DNA of 64,000 bases from assembly GCF_036588685.1 (NCBI RefSeq), contig NC_086376.1, positions 22,134,001 through 22,198,000 of the forward strand, written 5' to 3'. Of this stretch, positions 52,136 to 64,000 are shown piece after piece. This DNA comes from Mytilus trossulus (Eukaryota). Every line of letters starts with the position of its first letter. The stretch's first letter is position 1. Under the pieces are notes generated by a model that was not told where the DNA came from, made no database searches, and saw only the letters and a program-made list of their open reading frames with translations. The position numbers and the translations under genes are program-made.

Positions 52136-52860
52136 GTGAGTGTTGACAGTTTTATATCTTAGAAAAATTCTCAAAATGAAACAAAAGTCACCTATCTAAA
52201 ACTAAACATTTAAAGCCATGATATCAGAAAGTAAACACTTATAAATTCAACACTTCAATGCGAAACATTAAGGCAAATAAAATTGAGAATGGTAACGGGG
52301 GATGTTGTCAAAGAGACAACATCCTGACCAAAGAGCAAAACACAACCAAAGGTCACTTACAAATGTACCATATCAAGGAGTTGAAATTTTATGAATGGAA
52401 AAAATTTAGGGGTGAGCCCTACTGGAGCTCCTCAATACTTCGAAATTCTCCATTGACATGCATCAATGAAAGGGAAATTGAAAAAACTGCAATGGCAGAG
52501 ACAAACCACAAGCACTTGTCTCAGAAAAAAAAATTATTCCTGTATACCTTGATATAATTGTTATATTAAGGTATACATGGTATATAGGAATTTATTTTTT
52601 CTGAGCCAAGCATCAAAGAAATATCTGTATAGGTAATTATTATTCAACCAAGAAAAATGATAACAATGTGCATATCAAGTAACAGTTCTTAAATAGGTAT
52701 TTGATAGTAGCTGTGGATGCTCAGAAACATTTGGAGACCACACAAATATATATTTATGCAAAAATAATAAGAACAAATGGAGTAATTACATATCATAATC
52801 TCTCAAAACCAATAGAAGTTTAATATGTTGAAATGAATGTATATATGTTTTTTATTTCAG

Positions 52861-53031
52861 ATTTTTACCTCAGTTTTCATACTAGAAGCTGTCCTGAAGA
52901 TAATGTCATGGAGCAAGTTTTACTTTAAGTCTGGATGGAATCTTTTTGACTTTGTTATTGTTATAGCCAGTATTATAGATATCAGTCTATCAGATATTCC
53001 AAGTTTTTCTGTCTTTAGATCCTTCAGATTG
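52861..53031 (+). CDS. Nav coding exon 12: DII S2-S4 (IFTSVFILEAVLKI...GWNLFDFVIV...SVFRSFRL)
   Basis: tttcag / TTG|gtaggt, 171 nt, phase 0 to 0. Confidence 0.97.
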
Positions 53032-53701
53032 GTAGGTACTCAAGCAGGTTAAACATCAAAATTGTTACTGGCTATATTTTATTTAAATAAGTATATGTAG
53101 TATGATTGCCAATGAGACAACTAGCCACCAGAGTTCAATGGCATTCAGCAATGAGAAAAATTAAAGCATACCGTTAAGTCCGTTTGTGTTTTACACTGGT
53201 CAAAACATCTCTTTAGCTTATCTAGAATGTTTAGACAGGCTAATGTTTTTCAATTTACCAAACATGCTGAATTCATAGTACATACAAACACTATTTTCCA
53301 CACTTATGAAAAAATTATTCTTTTCTGTGTTTTTAAGATAATCCAAATACTTGACACTTATACAACAAACTATGGTTAATAAGCTGTAAATAGATATATT
53401 TGAGCTGGTCAAAAAGCTAGACCAGCCATTTATGACCCCGAAAACTCTTACTAAGTTACAAGTTTTTTTTTATGTTTAATGCAAGATCACTTTCTTTATA
53501 AATCTTATAAGTGGAGTTCAAATATAAAGTTGAAATCCAAAACTTCTAAAAAAAATTGGCTTCCTAATTTTTCCCGTTTCATTTGAGATTTGTAAAGCAG
53601 CTAATATCATTGCAGACCAATTGAGTAAATATTTATTTCAATCTTTTTTCCGAGTACACATCAGTTTTGAAATGTCATGTTTATATATTTGTCTGTTTCA
53701 G

Positions 53702-53892
53702 TTGAGAGTTTTGAAGCTGGCCCAGTCCTGGAAGACTATGAGACTACTGCTACAGATTATTTTGAATACATTAGGATCTCTTGGACCTTTGACTCTTATT
53801 CTGATTATTGTTATCTACATCTTTGCGGTTATCGGACTTCAATTATTTAGTAAAAGTTACACAACTGCTGTATTTGGAGATGACATGCCAAG
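53702..53892 (+). CDS. Nav coding exon 13: DII S4-S5 (LRVLKLAQSWKTM...IFAVIGLQLFSKSY...MPR)
   Basis: gtttcag / AG|gtgggt, 191 nt, phase 0 to 2. Confidence 0.97.
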
Positions 53893-54388
53893 GTGGGTTT
53901 TGGTACACGACCAAGAAAACATTTTAACTGATTCTTTACTGAGTTAACTTTGAAATGGAAGAATGGATAAAAAATTAATTTACATGAGACAATGTATAAT
54001 GTTGGAAAAAACATAAAACAAGTTGTTTATATTTCATTACTTTGTATTGAGGATCAGTCCATCTAAAACTGTTTCAGTATAATGCTATAATATGTCTAGG
54101 TAAAGTATATCAACTAAAGATTTCAGGTGACTGTTTTTGTGCTTTGGGTGCTTGTTGAACATTTTAAGTCATGGGGACCTCTAGAAGTCCTTTTTATAAA
54201 TTTGCCTTTAAATTGCTTGCTGTTTACATTATTTGTATTCATCTGTAAAAGTTTTCTGTGAAATGGCACAGTTTCATAGTTATAAAAAAACTAATACATA
54301 ATAGTACAAATGAAGTTATGAAAAGATTTTAACAAAATAAAATTATAAACATTTGATATAAAATGAAGATTTTGTTGTTTGATTTCAG

Positions 54389-54539
54389 ATGGCACTTCAA
54401 AGACTTTTTCCATTCTATGATGATGGTGTTTCGAGTTCTATGTGGGGAGTGGATAGAACCATTGTGGGACTGTATGAGAGCTGAAGGAGAACTCTGTATG
54501 GTGGTCTTCCTACCCACACTGGTGTTAGGAAACTTTATT
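54389..54539 (+). CDS. Nav coding exon 14: DII pore loop and S6 (WHFKDFFHSMMMVFRVLCGEWIEPLWDCM...VLGNFI)
   Basis: tttcag / ATT|gtaagt, 151 nt, phase 2 to 0. Filter Glu codon at 54447-54449. Confidence 0.97.
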
Positions 54540-56685
54540 GTAAGTACTTACAGGAACTTTTGAAAAACAGTGTATGAAATACTTGCATCAAACAAACAAC
54601 CTTCTCTGTATGTGGTCCTTGCATTTAAGATGGTCCAAGTTGTCAATAAGATTGTTACTTCGTTAGGCATTGGATTATTTGTTACAGCAAATATTACAGG
54701 CCTGTAGCAAGGAATTGGGTACAATCATACTCAACCTCAACAGTTATAATTAAAACAGAAAGTGGACTTTAACAGTGCTTATTTATTTTCAAAAAAGGGG
54801 GGGGGGGTAGATGGGGTTCATACAAACCCTTTAAACCCTCTGGCTTTGGGTGTGGAGATAGGAAACTTTACTGTTACCCTGTAATGTCTACCATATTACT
54901 GGTGTTACAAAGAGGAAGTATTTGTTGGAATATTAACATTCATTTGTTTTGTCACTTCGGGTATGAAAGTTGAGATTACATAGAACCTTTCTATAAATAT
55001 TTACAATTTACAAATATCTCAAAGCATATTAGAAAGAAGTTTGAACACTTTTACATACAATTAAACTGAAGTTTTACCAAGACTTCAATATTGAGGGTAC
55101 CTATGAACTTTATTGTCGGGTACATAAAGGATCTCATTCCTGTTGGAGCTAGTCCAAAACATTAAATGTTTCTTGATAATTAATTATATACATGTTCCAT
55201 TTAAATCTATTCAAATCTCATGTTGAGAACATGTTTTTTTTTTCTTTATGACAACCATATAAATAATGTTTAAACGACTAACAAAGAAAATTATTGAAAT
55301 GAGTTCTGTAGATACTTGATTAGATTACCTTGCAATTAAAATTAGATATTGGTGAATGGGTACAATTCATCTTCTATAACACTCTTAGGGTTCTCAAGCT
55401 TTAAAGTTTAATAGATATATATTAATAAAAATAAAATTTATAAAAATGTTGATATTTGATACTATGAATTACATTAGAAAAATTCACAACATTTAATGAT
55501 AACGTCCAATTTTGTGGGTTTCACCTTCGATCATCAAGGATAATTACCATGTGGTTGTTTGAAGACATATATAAATTCTTGTCTACTTTTTACTTCTTGG
55601 TTTCATGTACTTCAAGTGGAGATTATTGTCAAACTTGAAACACTCCACAAACTTCAATTGCAATAACATGGATCTATATATTAGAAAAGATTAGATGGAA
55701 ATAATCACTGACTGTGGATTCACTTATTTTCTAGGGATATCTATGTTCTTGTATTTCAGGGATCTATGTACACATTTTGTAATGAATTGTATGCTAACTT
55801 TGACAAAACCATGAAATCAGATATCCCAGAACATACTGTCATACATTATTTTCTCTATCCATAAAAGTGAAATCCACAGAAACAGAATTATCAAAGATAT
55901 CTGAACTTTTTTTTTTATATTTGATTATAAACTGTAAGAATGTGGCTGTATTTAAGTTGATTTGATATTTAATACCCATTGTTCACAAGGAGAGGGTACA
56001 CGATTATGTCTGTCTGTCGGTTCTGTACAAATTTGGTCTCATTTTTCTCAGGAAGTACAAATCAAAAATTTAATATCAAACTTAATGTGAGCTTGCTATA
56101 CCATAGGTAAACTTTCAGATCCATTATTCATCAACTTCCTATGAACAGAATAGTTGTATATTCTGACATGCAATAGATACTTATGAAATTTCTGTTTATT
56201 ATTTCGAATAAACTACAAATCAATTAAGGCTTTCTGAAATAAGAATCAAACTGAATGAGACCATGCTCAACCATCTGATGCATTTTCAAATCCATCACTT
56301 ATCAACTTCCTGTTTTCTGTATAACTTCTTGTTTGGGCATCATAAGAAAGCAGATGTCAGCAATTAAGCTTTATAGTCCAACTTGTTAACTCAAATTGAA
56401 GCACAAACATTTAAACCTTACACTAATGCTGACTTACATAATCATGATTGTATATATTCCAAAAGAAAATATTAAGATTGGCATCATGAAAAACAAAAAA
56501 ATAGTGATTGATAATTATAGCAACATATTATACCATAAGGTGACTCAATATTTACTACTGGAGAATATGAGAGGTATATACTTTTATAAATATTTATATC
56601 TGTTTGAAATATCAGATTACATGTCTTTACAAAATAGGGGATACATTGGTTTTTATGTCTAATTCTCAAGTGGGTTTAACCTGTT

Positions 56686-56911
56686 TGAAGTTGGGTTTTT
56701 TCCTATTGTCTTTTTACCTTTTGTTTTACTATGAAGTTGGTTGTTTTTCCTATTGTCTTTTTACCTTTTGTTTTACTATGAAGTTGGTTGTTTTTCCTAT
56801 TGCTTTTGACCTTTTGTTTTACTATGAAGTTGGTTGTTTTTCCTTTTGCTTTTGACCTTTTGTTTTACTATGAAGTTGTTTTTTTTCCTATTGCTTTTGA
56901 CCTTTTGTTTT
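56686..56911. repeat. ~48-bp T-rich tandem repeat, about 5 copies, just upstream of exon 15
   Basis: Variants of tgaagttggttgtttttcctattg.cttttgaccttttgttttacta. Confidence 0.88.
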
Positions 56912-56947
56912 ATTTACAATCACAATGAAAACATCTTATTATTTCAG

Positions 56948-57164
56948 GTACTGAATCTCTTTCTTGCCTTGTTAATTAATGCTTTTGCTAGTGATAATTT
57001 AAAAGCCAATAGTGATAAAGAAGAAGACAACAAAATGTTGGCTGCTGTTAGAAGAATCAAAGAGCTTTGTTGTTGCTGTTTAAGTAAGAAAGTAGCACCT
57101 AATGAGGCGGCGATTGAAGAAGGTATGGAACTCTCTTCTGATATTGAGAGTATTAATAGCAATG
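56948..57164 (+). CDS. Nav coding exon 15: DII S6 end and II-III linker (VLNLFLALLINAF...CCCCLSKKVAP...SINSN)
   Basis: tttcag / G|gtaagc, 217 nt, phase 0 to 1. Confidence 0.94.
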
Positions 57165-59977
57165 GTAAGCACACTGCAGTACTAGCTCTCTACTAACCTA
57201 GACATTTATAAACTGGTGGGCGGCCATGATTGTTTCTCTACTGAACATGCAAAGGCTGTATAGCCAGTCAAATTTGTTAAAAACTTCTTACATTGAATAA
57301 AAAACAGACTGGTTATTTTGAAAATTATAGAACAACTTCATTTAAAATTTATAAAACTTTAACTTGACTAAAACTTTTAACCTAAAGCTTGACAGGGATT
57401 TTCTAAATTTCAGTGGCAAATACTTCATGCCTGTTCAAAACTAGTCAGTTTACCTTATAGAGAGACGACAACCATAGCATTTTGAATTAGACATGATAGA
57501 TAGGTCAAACAATTTTCAGTGTTTTTCCATTTTTGTTTGAGACTATTTTTATTATTTTTTATTTTTTCATTTTTTTGTTTGGATTCATATCAAATTACAT
57601 ATCTCATGAAAATCTTCTCAACATTTCCATTATTATTTGATTTTAATTCCCCTGGAAGAAATTTAATCTGTAAATTTTCTTAATTAATAAATGGTTATTA
57701 ATTCCAATGGAATACTGGTAAATAGATTTTTTACAAATGGAAAATAATTGAATAATAACTTTTATATTATCTACAGGGAGGCTTATGACAATCTGCATAT
57801 TTTGCATTAAGCATGAAAATTTACTTTTCCCATTAGAAGTGTGAAAATTCTGTAGCTTTGAGATGAAACTAGTCATGTTTGGAATGCAGATATGTTTAAA
57901 TAAAATAATATGTATGACATTTGATATATAAATGGAGTTAATTTCATTGTTTTCCCATTAAAAAAAATGTCATTATAAGATTGATTCCAAGTTGTAAAAG
58001 TATCTTAGAAAAATCTTAATTGAATATATGCTGATTGATTTAAAAGATGAGATTACTTAGAATAAGCAAATTCCTTGGGTAATTTACTCCTATTGGTTTG
58101 CCTTCTAGAAGTAACTGATTTGTAGCGCTAATTGCTGATTTTTTGTTATCCATCTAGAGTATATAGTTTTGTAAATGTTTTTGAAAGTTTTTCTTGAAAT
58201 CTTGTATATAATATACAGCCTTATAAATTTTCATAGATACAAATGTATAAAGATTATAAGAGACATATTTACTTATGTTTTACAAGTTTCTATGATATGT
58301 TTAAGAATGGAAGAACCCTGAAGTCATCAAAATATCTCCAGATGACATTTAAATACTTTCTCATCAACATATTGAAAAAAAAATATATGGAGTAATTGGA
58401 GTTCTATTTTAATGTAATGTGCCATTGCATGGAGTTACATCCCTTTTCTCTCAAGAAGAATTATGAACTTTGTGTAATTACTTAGTTAGACCATTATCTT
58501 TATATGAATACTAATGCTTGCTATAGGAGTTAGTAGGACCACCAGTTTATAAATGCACTGAAAACTTTAACACGTCTTCCTTATAATACTCTAACTTAGT
58601 GTGTTGTGTTCTTGTAGTGATATTAATTTGTGTTTTTTTTGCATTTTATCATGTTTTTCACATAAGCCAAACAAATTCTTACTTAATTCTAAATATTTAG
58701 CCCATATAATTTTGTGGTATGACCTGTAAAAAGATTTTTTCCTTATTATAATCACTTGTTTTCCTTTGAAACACATGCATATCATAACTTTAATTTTTTT
58801 CCATCACATATTTCTCTTTATGTGTAAGGGACCATGAATTTCCTATTTTTTTGGTTTTTGAATTTCAGGGACTAAAAAAGTGTCCTTAAAATTATACTTT
58901 CTCTTTTGCCTTAAAAATATTTATGAACCAGAATACATGACTTTGGTGTATTCCATAAAGCGTGTCACCACTCTTGTTTTATTTGTGTTCTCCTTAATAA
59001 CTAATTCACAAAATTCACATAATTAAACATGTGTGTTCAAAGAGGGTAAATTTAAGTGTTGTGCATGATAACTTTATAATTTAGATTTTAATTGAAAATC
59101 AGATTATATTTTGATTGAATATTTAAGATTTGACAAAAATATCAGTATATTCTGATAATGCTTAATATGCATGCTTATTGTCAATACTACAATTTCTTTC
59201 TTGTATAGAGCTTCAGCTTGTAGACATTGTTCTTTAATGAAGAATGCTTTATCATTTTTACACTACTTAGATATAGGAAGATGTGGTGTGAGTGCCAATG
59301 AGACATTTTTATTTCACTACAAATGTTTTATTTCTTGTTTATTCCATAAAATAGACAAATGATTGTCAAAAAAAATTTTGTTTTCTGGTCTGTGTGTTTG
59401 TTTGTCCTTTCGTTGTTCCTTCATCTGTTCTTTCATTTCGTCCGTCTGTCCCATTTCAGGTTAAAAAAAAATTGTGAAGGTAGTTTTTGATAAAGTTGAA
59501 GTCCAATCAATTTGAAACTTTTTACACATGTTCCCTATGATATTATCTTTTTTATTTTAATGGCAAATTAGAGGTATGACACCAATTTCAGGGTTCCTTG
59601 AACATAAAAAATGATGGTGCTACTGGGGCATCCGTGTACTATGGACACATTCTTGTTTAATGCTAGTTTTATATTAGTTGCTATTAGCAACAACAAAAAT
59701 CATATGCAATATTAATAAAACCAATGTGAAATAGGTTCTCCAGCGATCCCCAATTAAACATTAGATGGGTGGTCTAAAAAATTGACAGCTATACAGAAAA
59801 ATACAATGAATGAAAATGAATGATTTTTCCAGTTTCAGACTGGATGTTCAGATTAGATAAGTCAAAAACAAGTTTAATCTTCTGTATCATATTGATTGTG
59901 CAGGTTGATAGATACAGAAAAGAACATTGACATTAGAAATAAAAATAATTAAAATTTTTGGTATGTTTTATATTTAG

Positions 59978-60093
59978 ACAAAAATGGCAATCCAAAAGAA
60001 GTTGGAACGGATAAGAAAAATCCTGAGAAATTAAAACTACCGCCAATATCACAGTCTAATGGAGCTGTTCAAAATAAAGACAATAATAATAAG
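59978..60093 (+). CDS. Nav coding exon 16: II-III linker (DKNGNPKEVGTDKKNPEKLKLPPISQSNGAVQNKDNNNK)
   Basis: tatttag / AAG|gtatgt, 116 nt. The phase 1 to 0 change bridges exons 15 and 17. Confidence 0.87.
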
Positions 60094-60344
60094 GTATGTA
60101 TTATAACCTCTTTCTGACACACACACATATGTAAAGATTGCTGTATGGTAATCAAGGTCTCTCAAATACACATGTATATATTGATGTACACCAATCATGA
60201 AACCTCTAATACATTATTTATAATGTGTATATTGATGAACATACCACAATCCTCAAGACAAAACAGTCATATTAACATTTCTATAGAAACTCATTTGATA
60301 AAAATCAACATATAAAGATTTACTAGGAGAGTTACATGATAGCA

Positions 60345-61343
60345 GTTTTTGTGTCGCCTTGATGGAGTCAAAAAGCGAGACATAGGTATGCTGTTTCTGG
60401 CGTTGGCGACGGCGTCAACAATGTATTAGTTTGTGAGAGGTCTAGTTCATGGTGAACCACTAGTGGTAGATCAATGATATTTGGTATGCAGTTGTAGCAT
60501 TGGCGCATCATGCATGTCATTACCATGGAGATTATTTGTCCCCACCCCCTTAGTCAAGGTCTATTGACTTTGAAACTTTTCATAGTTTACATGTATTAGT
60601 TTGTGATTAGGTCAATTTATGGGGAACCACTAGTGGTAGGTCAGTGATATTTGGTATGCAGTGTTGTATAAGCATTGGCATATCTCATTTTCATGGAGAT
60701 TTTTTGACTCCGCCCCCTCAGTCATGGTCTATAGACTTTGAAAATTTTGCTAAGTTAACATGTATTAGTTTGTGATTAGGTCAGTTCAAGGGGAACCATT
60801 AGTGGTAGGCCAATGTTAATTGGTGTTCAGTTGTATAAGCATTAGCACATCTCATTTCCATGGAGAATATTTGACCCCGCCCCCTCAGTCATGGTCTATT
60901 GACTTTGAAACTTTTGCTTAGTTTACATGCATTAGTTTGTGATTAGATCAGTTTAAGATGAACTGCTAATGTTAAGTCAATGATATTTGGTATGCAAATG
61001 TATTGGCATTTGAAAGTATTGTTTCCATGGAGATTATATAGCCCCACCCCTGATCATGGTTCATTGACTTTGAAACTTTTACATAGTTTACAAGTTAATG
61101 TTTGTGTTTAGGTTTGTTTAAAGGGAATGACTTATAATGAGTCAATGGTAATTGGTATGCAGTTGTATTATCATTGGCACATCTCATTCCATGGAGATTG
61201 TGTAGCCATGTACCTTCAGTCATTGTTCATTGACTTTGAATATTTGCATAACTTACATGTATTGCTATTTAAATTTCAACATTTGCATTATCAAAATTAC
61301 AAAAAGGCGAGACATATCTCTGTGATAACATTTAGCCTCTGTT
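60345..61343. mobile_element. HINE-like element with about 5 internal ~169-bp tandem repeats
   Basis: TTTTTGTGTCGCCTT...AAGGCGAGACA inverted ends. The unit atgtattagtttgtga recurs at about 60421, 60591, 60760, 60927 and 61095. Confidence 0.72.
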
Positions 61344-61666
61344 TAGTATTGCACATTTTGTATTTTTTGACACCTCATTATGCTAGAGACGAGTGGTTAG
61401 TTGTCATTGCCCATTAGTAGATATTTCATGCTGATGAAGTGTTGTTCCTACATCAAAGATATGCCTTACTTTCTGATGTCATGTGACTAATGAGATTAGA
61501 TTTTAAACTTATATATGGAAAATTATTTAAGACATTTGAGATATATTTTTTGTTTTATAAGGAATTGATCTTTTTTTTTTATGATTCAAACACATGAAGA
61601 TTTAATTGTTTTTTAACACATTTTTGTAAAAATTTTCAATTTTTTATTAAATGAATTTACTTTAAG

Positions 61667-61959
61667 GATGCTAAAGTAAAAGACAAAGATGCAGCTACAG
61701 GAAAAGACATGGACGATGCCTTTAAAACAAAGAGGGACACTTATTCCAGCTTTAATGATGCAAAAAATGCTGCAGCTAAGAAAGAAGACAAGGATAAGAG
61801 CAAAGATGACAAAGATGATAAAAACAAAGATGCAAAGTCTGAAAATGAAGACGACCTATCTCTCGGAGAAGAAGCTTCAACTCATTCAAAGAAAGATAAA
61901 GAAGAAGAGAAAAAAGAAGTGGTTGTTAATGATTGTTTTCCTCTCATGTGCTCAAAAAA
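61667..61959 (+). CDS. Nav coding exon 17: charged II-III linker ending at DCFP motif (DAKVKDKD...EVVVNDCFPLMCSK)
   Basis: tttaag acceptor, AA|gtaaga donor, 293 nt, phase 0 to 2. The DCFP motif precedes DIII in Nav channels. Confidence 0.88.
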
Positions 61960-62443
61960 GTAAGAATGCTCTCGGCCAAATATATTTCTCAAGTTTTCAT
62001 TATTTACTATCAGGCAACCTCACATATATGTCATATATATTGTAAAATTGGCAGTCTTAATGAAAATGTAAAAAAGAAAAAAAGATTTTTCTAAAGATAT
62101 CTAACTACTAGCCATCAATTCAACATTATTTCTAACAGATCTGTCAAATATTTAAATTTTAAGAGACCTAACATGCCCTCCAAAGAGACTTGGCATAAGG
62201 GAGATAATTGTGTCTGTATTTGCTCTTTTCATGTTAAAGGGGAGATAACTTAGTATCTCAATTATTAAATCTTTTCCTTATGACAAACTTCTACATTTTT
62301 CAGAGCCTTTCTGTAAAATAGTTTGTCCTTACACAAAAAAATATATTCAATAGTTTTAATTGGACTTGATTTTTATGACATTGTGTATTTTGTGACTTTG
62401 TTTTCTATCATGTGACATTTTTTCTGTATTTTAACTTATATAG

Positions 62444-62455
62444 AATTGAAACGAG
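62444..62455 (+). CDS. Candidate microexon, 12 nt ((K)IET(R)) just before domain III
   Basis: ttttttctgtattttaacttatatag|AATTGAAACGAG|gtaaga. Open in phase 2 to 2, as required by the preceding exon. Confidence 0.7.
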
Positions 62456-64000
62456 GTAAGATCTGCAACCTTTTCATTTCTTTATTAACCACAACAAAAT
62501 CTATGATAAAGTAAAACATTATTTTCATTTGAATATTAATTTGAATTAAGGATATCAATTTCAATAATAAATTAATAATTTAACAATAATTAAAAAGACT
62601 TAATATTTTTGGTATATACAGGATAACATCCTAAACTTTATGCAAACCTTTTTTATATATTAAAAAATAAGTCTCTCATCAGATTGTATAAAGGGGGGAA
62701 GATTATAAAATCTGAAAGATGAAAAATTAAAATACTCCTAATTTTTATGTATTAAATGTATGAACGTTTAATGTATATAAAATTGTTTTTGTCCATATAA
62801 CAGCATGCTTCCACACATACAAATAGTTCTTTATATCACTTTTTTTTTGTGTGAAAAAATTTTGATTTCAGTATTTGCTTGATTTTTGTAAAGTGTGTTT
62901 GAATAGTTCTTCATGTTTAAGTAAAAAAAAAACAAAAAAAAAACATACCATAACATCATTTGTAACAAAAAACTTGTATGACTTTACCTTCATTAGGAAT
63001 GGTTTACCTCCTTGGTGCTATGGATTCTACTCATAACTGAAAATTAATATCTGACTGATATAGGGAATATGTTTTCACTAATGCTCTTATGGACAATTCG
63101 TTCTCAGATTCTTGATACAGAAATCCCGAATTCCGATATGTTTATCTGCCTTCCCAACCAAGCTAGCTATTGGTTATAACATGTTAAGCTTCAATCTGAT
63201 TTAAATGAAATTTAGAATGGAAATGGGGGGAATATATCAAAGACCAAAGAGCAGAAAACAGCTGAAGGCCACCAATTGGTCTTCAACGCAGCAAGAATAT
63301 CCCACACCTGGAGACAGGTTTCAGCTGGCCCCTAAATAATGATGTGTACTAGTTCAGTGAAGATGGTTGTCATACTAAACTCCAAAAACATTCACATGAA
63401 CTAAATTGGAAAAACGTACAACACTAACAAAGACCAGAAGCTCTTAACCTGGTAACAGTAGCATAAAAGAGGCAGGGTTAAACATGTTTTATGAGATGTC
63501 AACTCTCCCCCTTTACCTTTATCCAATGTAGAATAAAGAAACACTTAGGAATATTTACAGTGAAACTCAGTTTAAAAGAAGTTTAGACCGATGCCAGAAC
63601 ATCATGTTACATGCAATAAAAGAGACTTCAACAAAATAACAATTATACATAAATTAACAAAGGACTACTAGCAGTTACTGACATGCCAGCTTTATTTGTT
63701 AAATTTCATTGGTGTTTTGATTTGCTTAATTTCTACTAGTTGTTTCACTATTTAAGACTAGAACTAAGAAATCACCAATTTGTGAATTAGAGATATAGAA
63801 TAAATATCATTAAAATATTGGCATTGTGTTGGAACTTTATAACAAGGTCTTCAAAGTTATGAGTTCTAAACTTCTTAATCTGTACACAAGACAATAGATG
63901 AGAAAAAGGAAACAGTCATAGCCTTAATTTTTATTTACTCAAGTTATAATGACCATATTAATACACTTTCTGCTAATATCTTGAATTCCTTTGTTGTAGG

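Larger units (their letters stand above)
8950..61959 (+). other. Multi-exon gene span (partial, continues past the window): voltage-gated Na+ channel alpha subunit, Nav2-like (DSC1/NaCP60E clade)
   Basis: 17 exons with GT-AG boundaries and compatible phases join into one ORF of about 1108 aa, with S1-S6 of domains I and II, S4 R/K repeats, and P-loops TLDFWED and CGEWIEP. The next acceptor is ttgttgtag at 63998-63999. Confidence 0.95.

Noticed and set aside
56948-61959. Ankyrin-G binding motif (VPIAxxESD) in the II-III linker
   Set aside because: Not present, as expected outside chordate Nav1 channels.

Overview
AT-rich eukaryotic (invertebrate) genomic DNA. The repeat content looks molluscan, probably mytilid bivalve; that assignment is from recall and was not checked by search. 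The window holds the 5' half of one large + strand gene for a four-domain voltage-gated sodium channel alpha subunit with Nav2-clade (DSC1/BSC1/NaCP60E-like) signatures: DI P-loop [12 protein letters not shown]4-S5 LAQSWKTM and DII P-loop LCGEWIEP. I reconstructed 17 core GT-AG coding exons (8950-61959; 3326 nt, about 1108 codons, all splice phases compatible). They cover the N-terminus, domain I, linker I-II, domain II and most of linker II-III, and the next acceptor lies at the last bases of the window (AG 63998-63999). The most notable feature, invisible to the ORF track, is a set of nine candidate frame-preserving microexons (9-27 nt), found only in the cytoplasmic-linker introns. Four of them (EELQ, KKK, EEQAL, QKHEDEKK) would extend the charged helix after DI-S6, and one encodes a complete PKA consensus site (RRITV). 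The 9-nt KKK microexon is followed directly by a 46-bp tandem array carrying about 22 Rbfox-type GCAUG motifs. Local tandem duplications have also triplicated a 5' splice site and duplicated a 3' splice site. The rest is intronic or intergenic sequence with Helentron/HINE-like elements, MITEs, tRNA-derived SINEs and minisatellites. Most ORFs in the supplied track are spurious.
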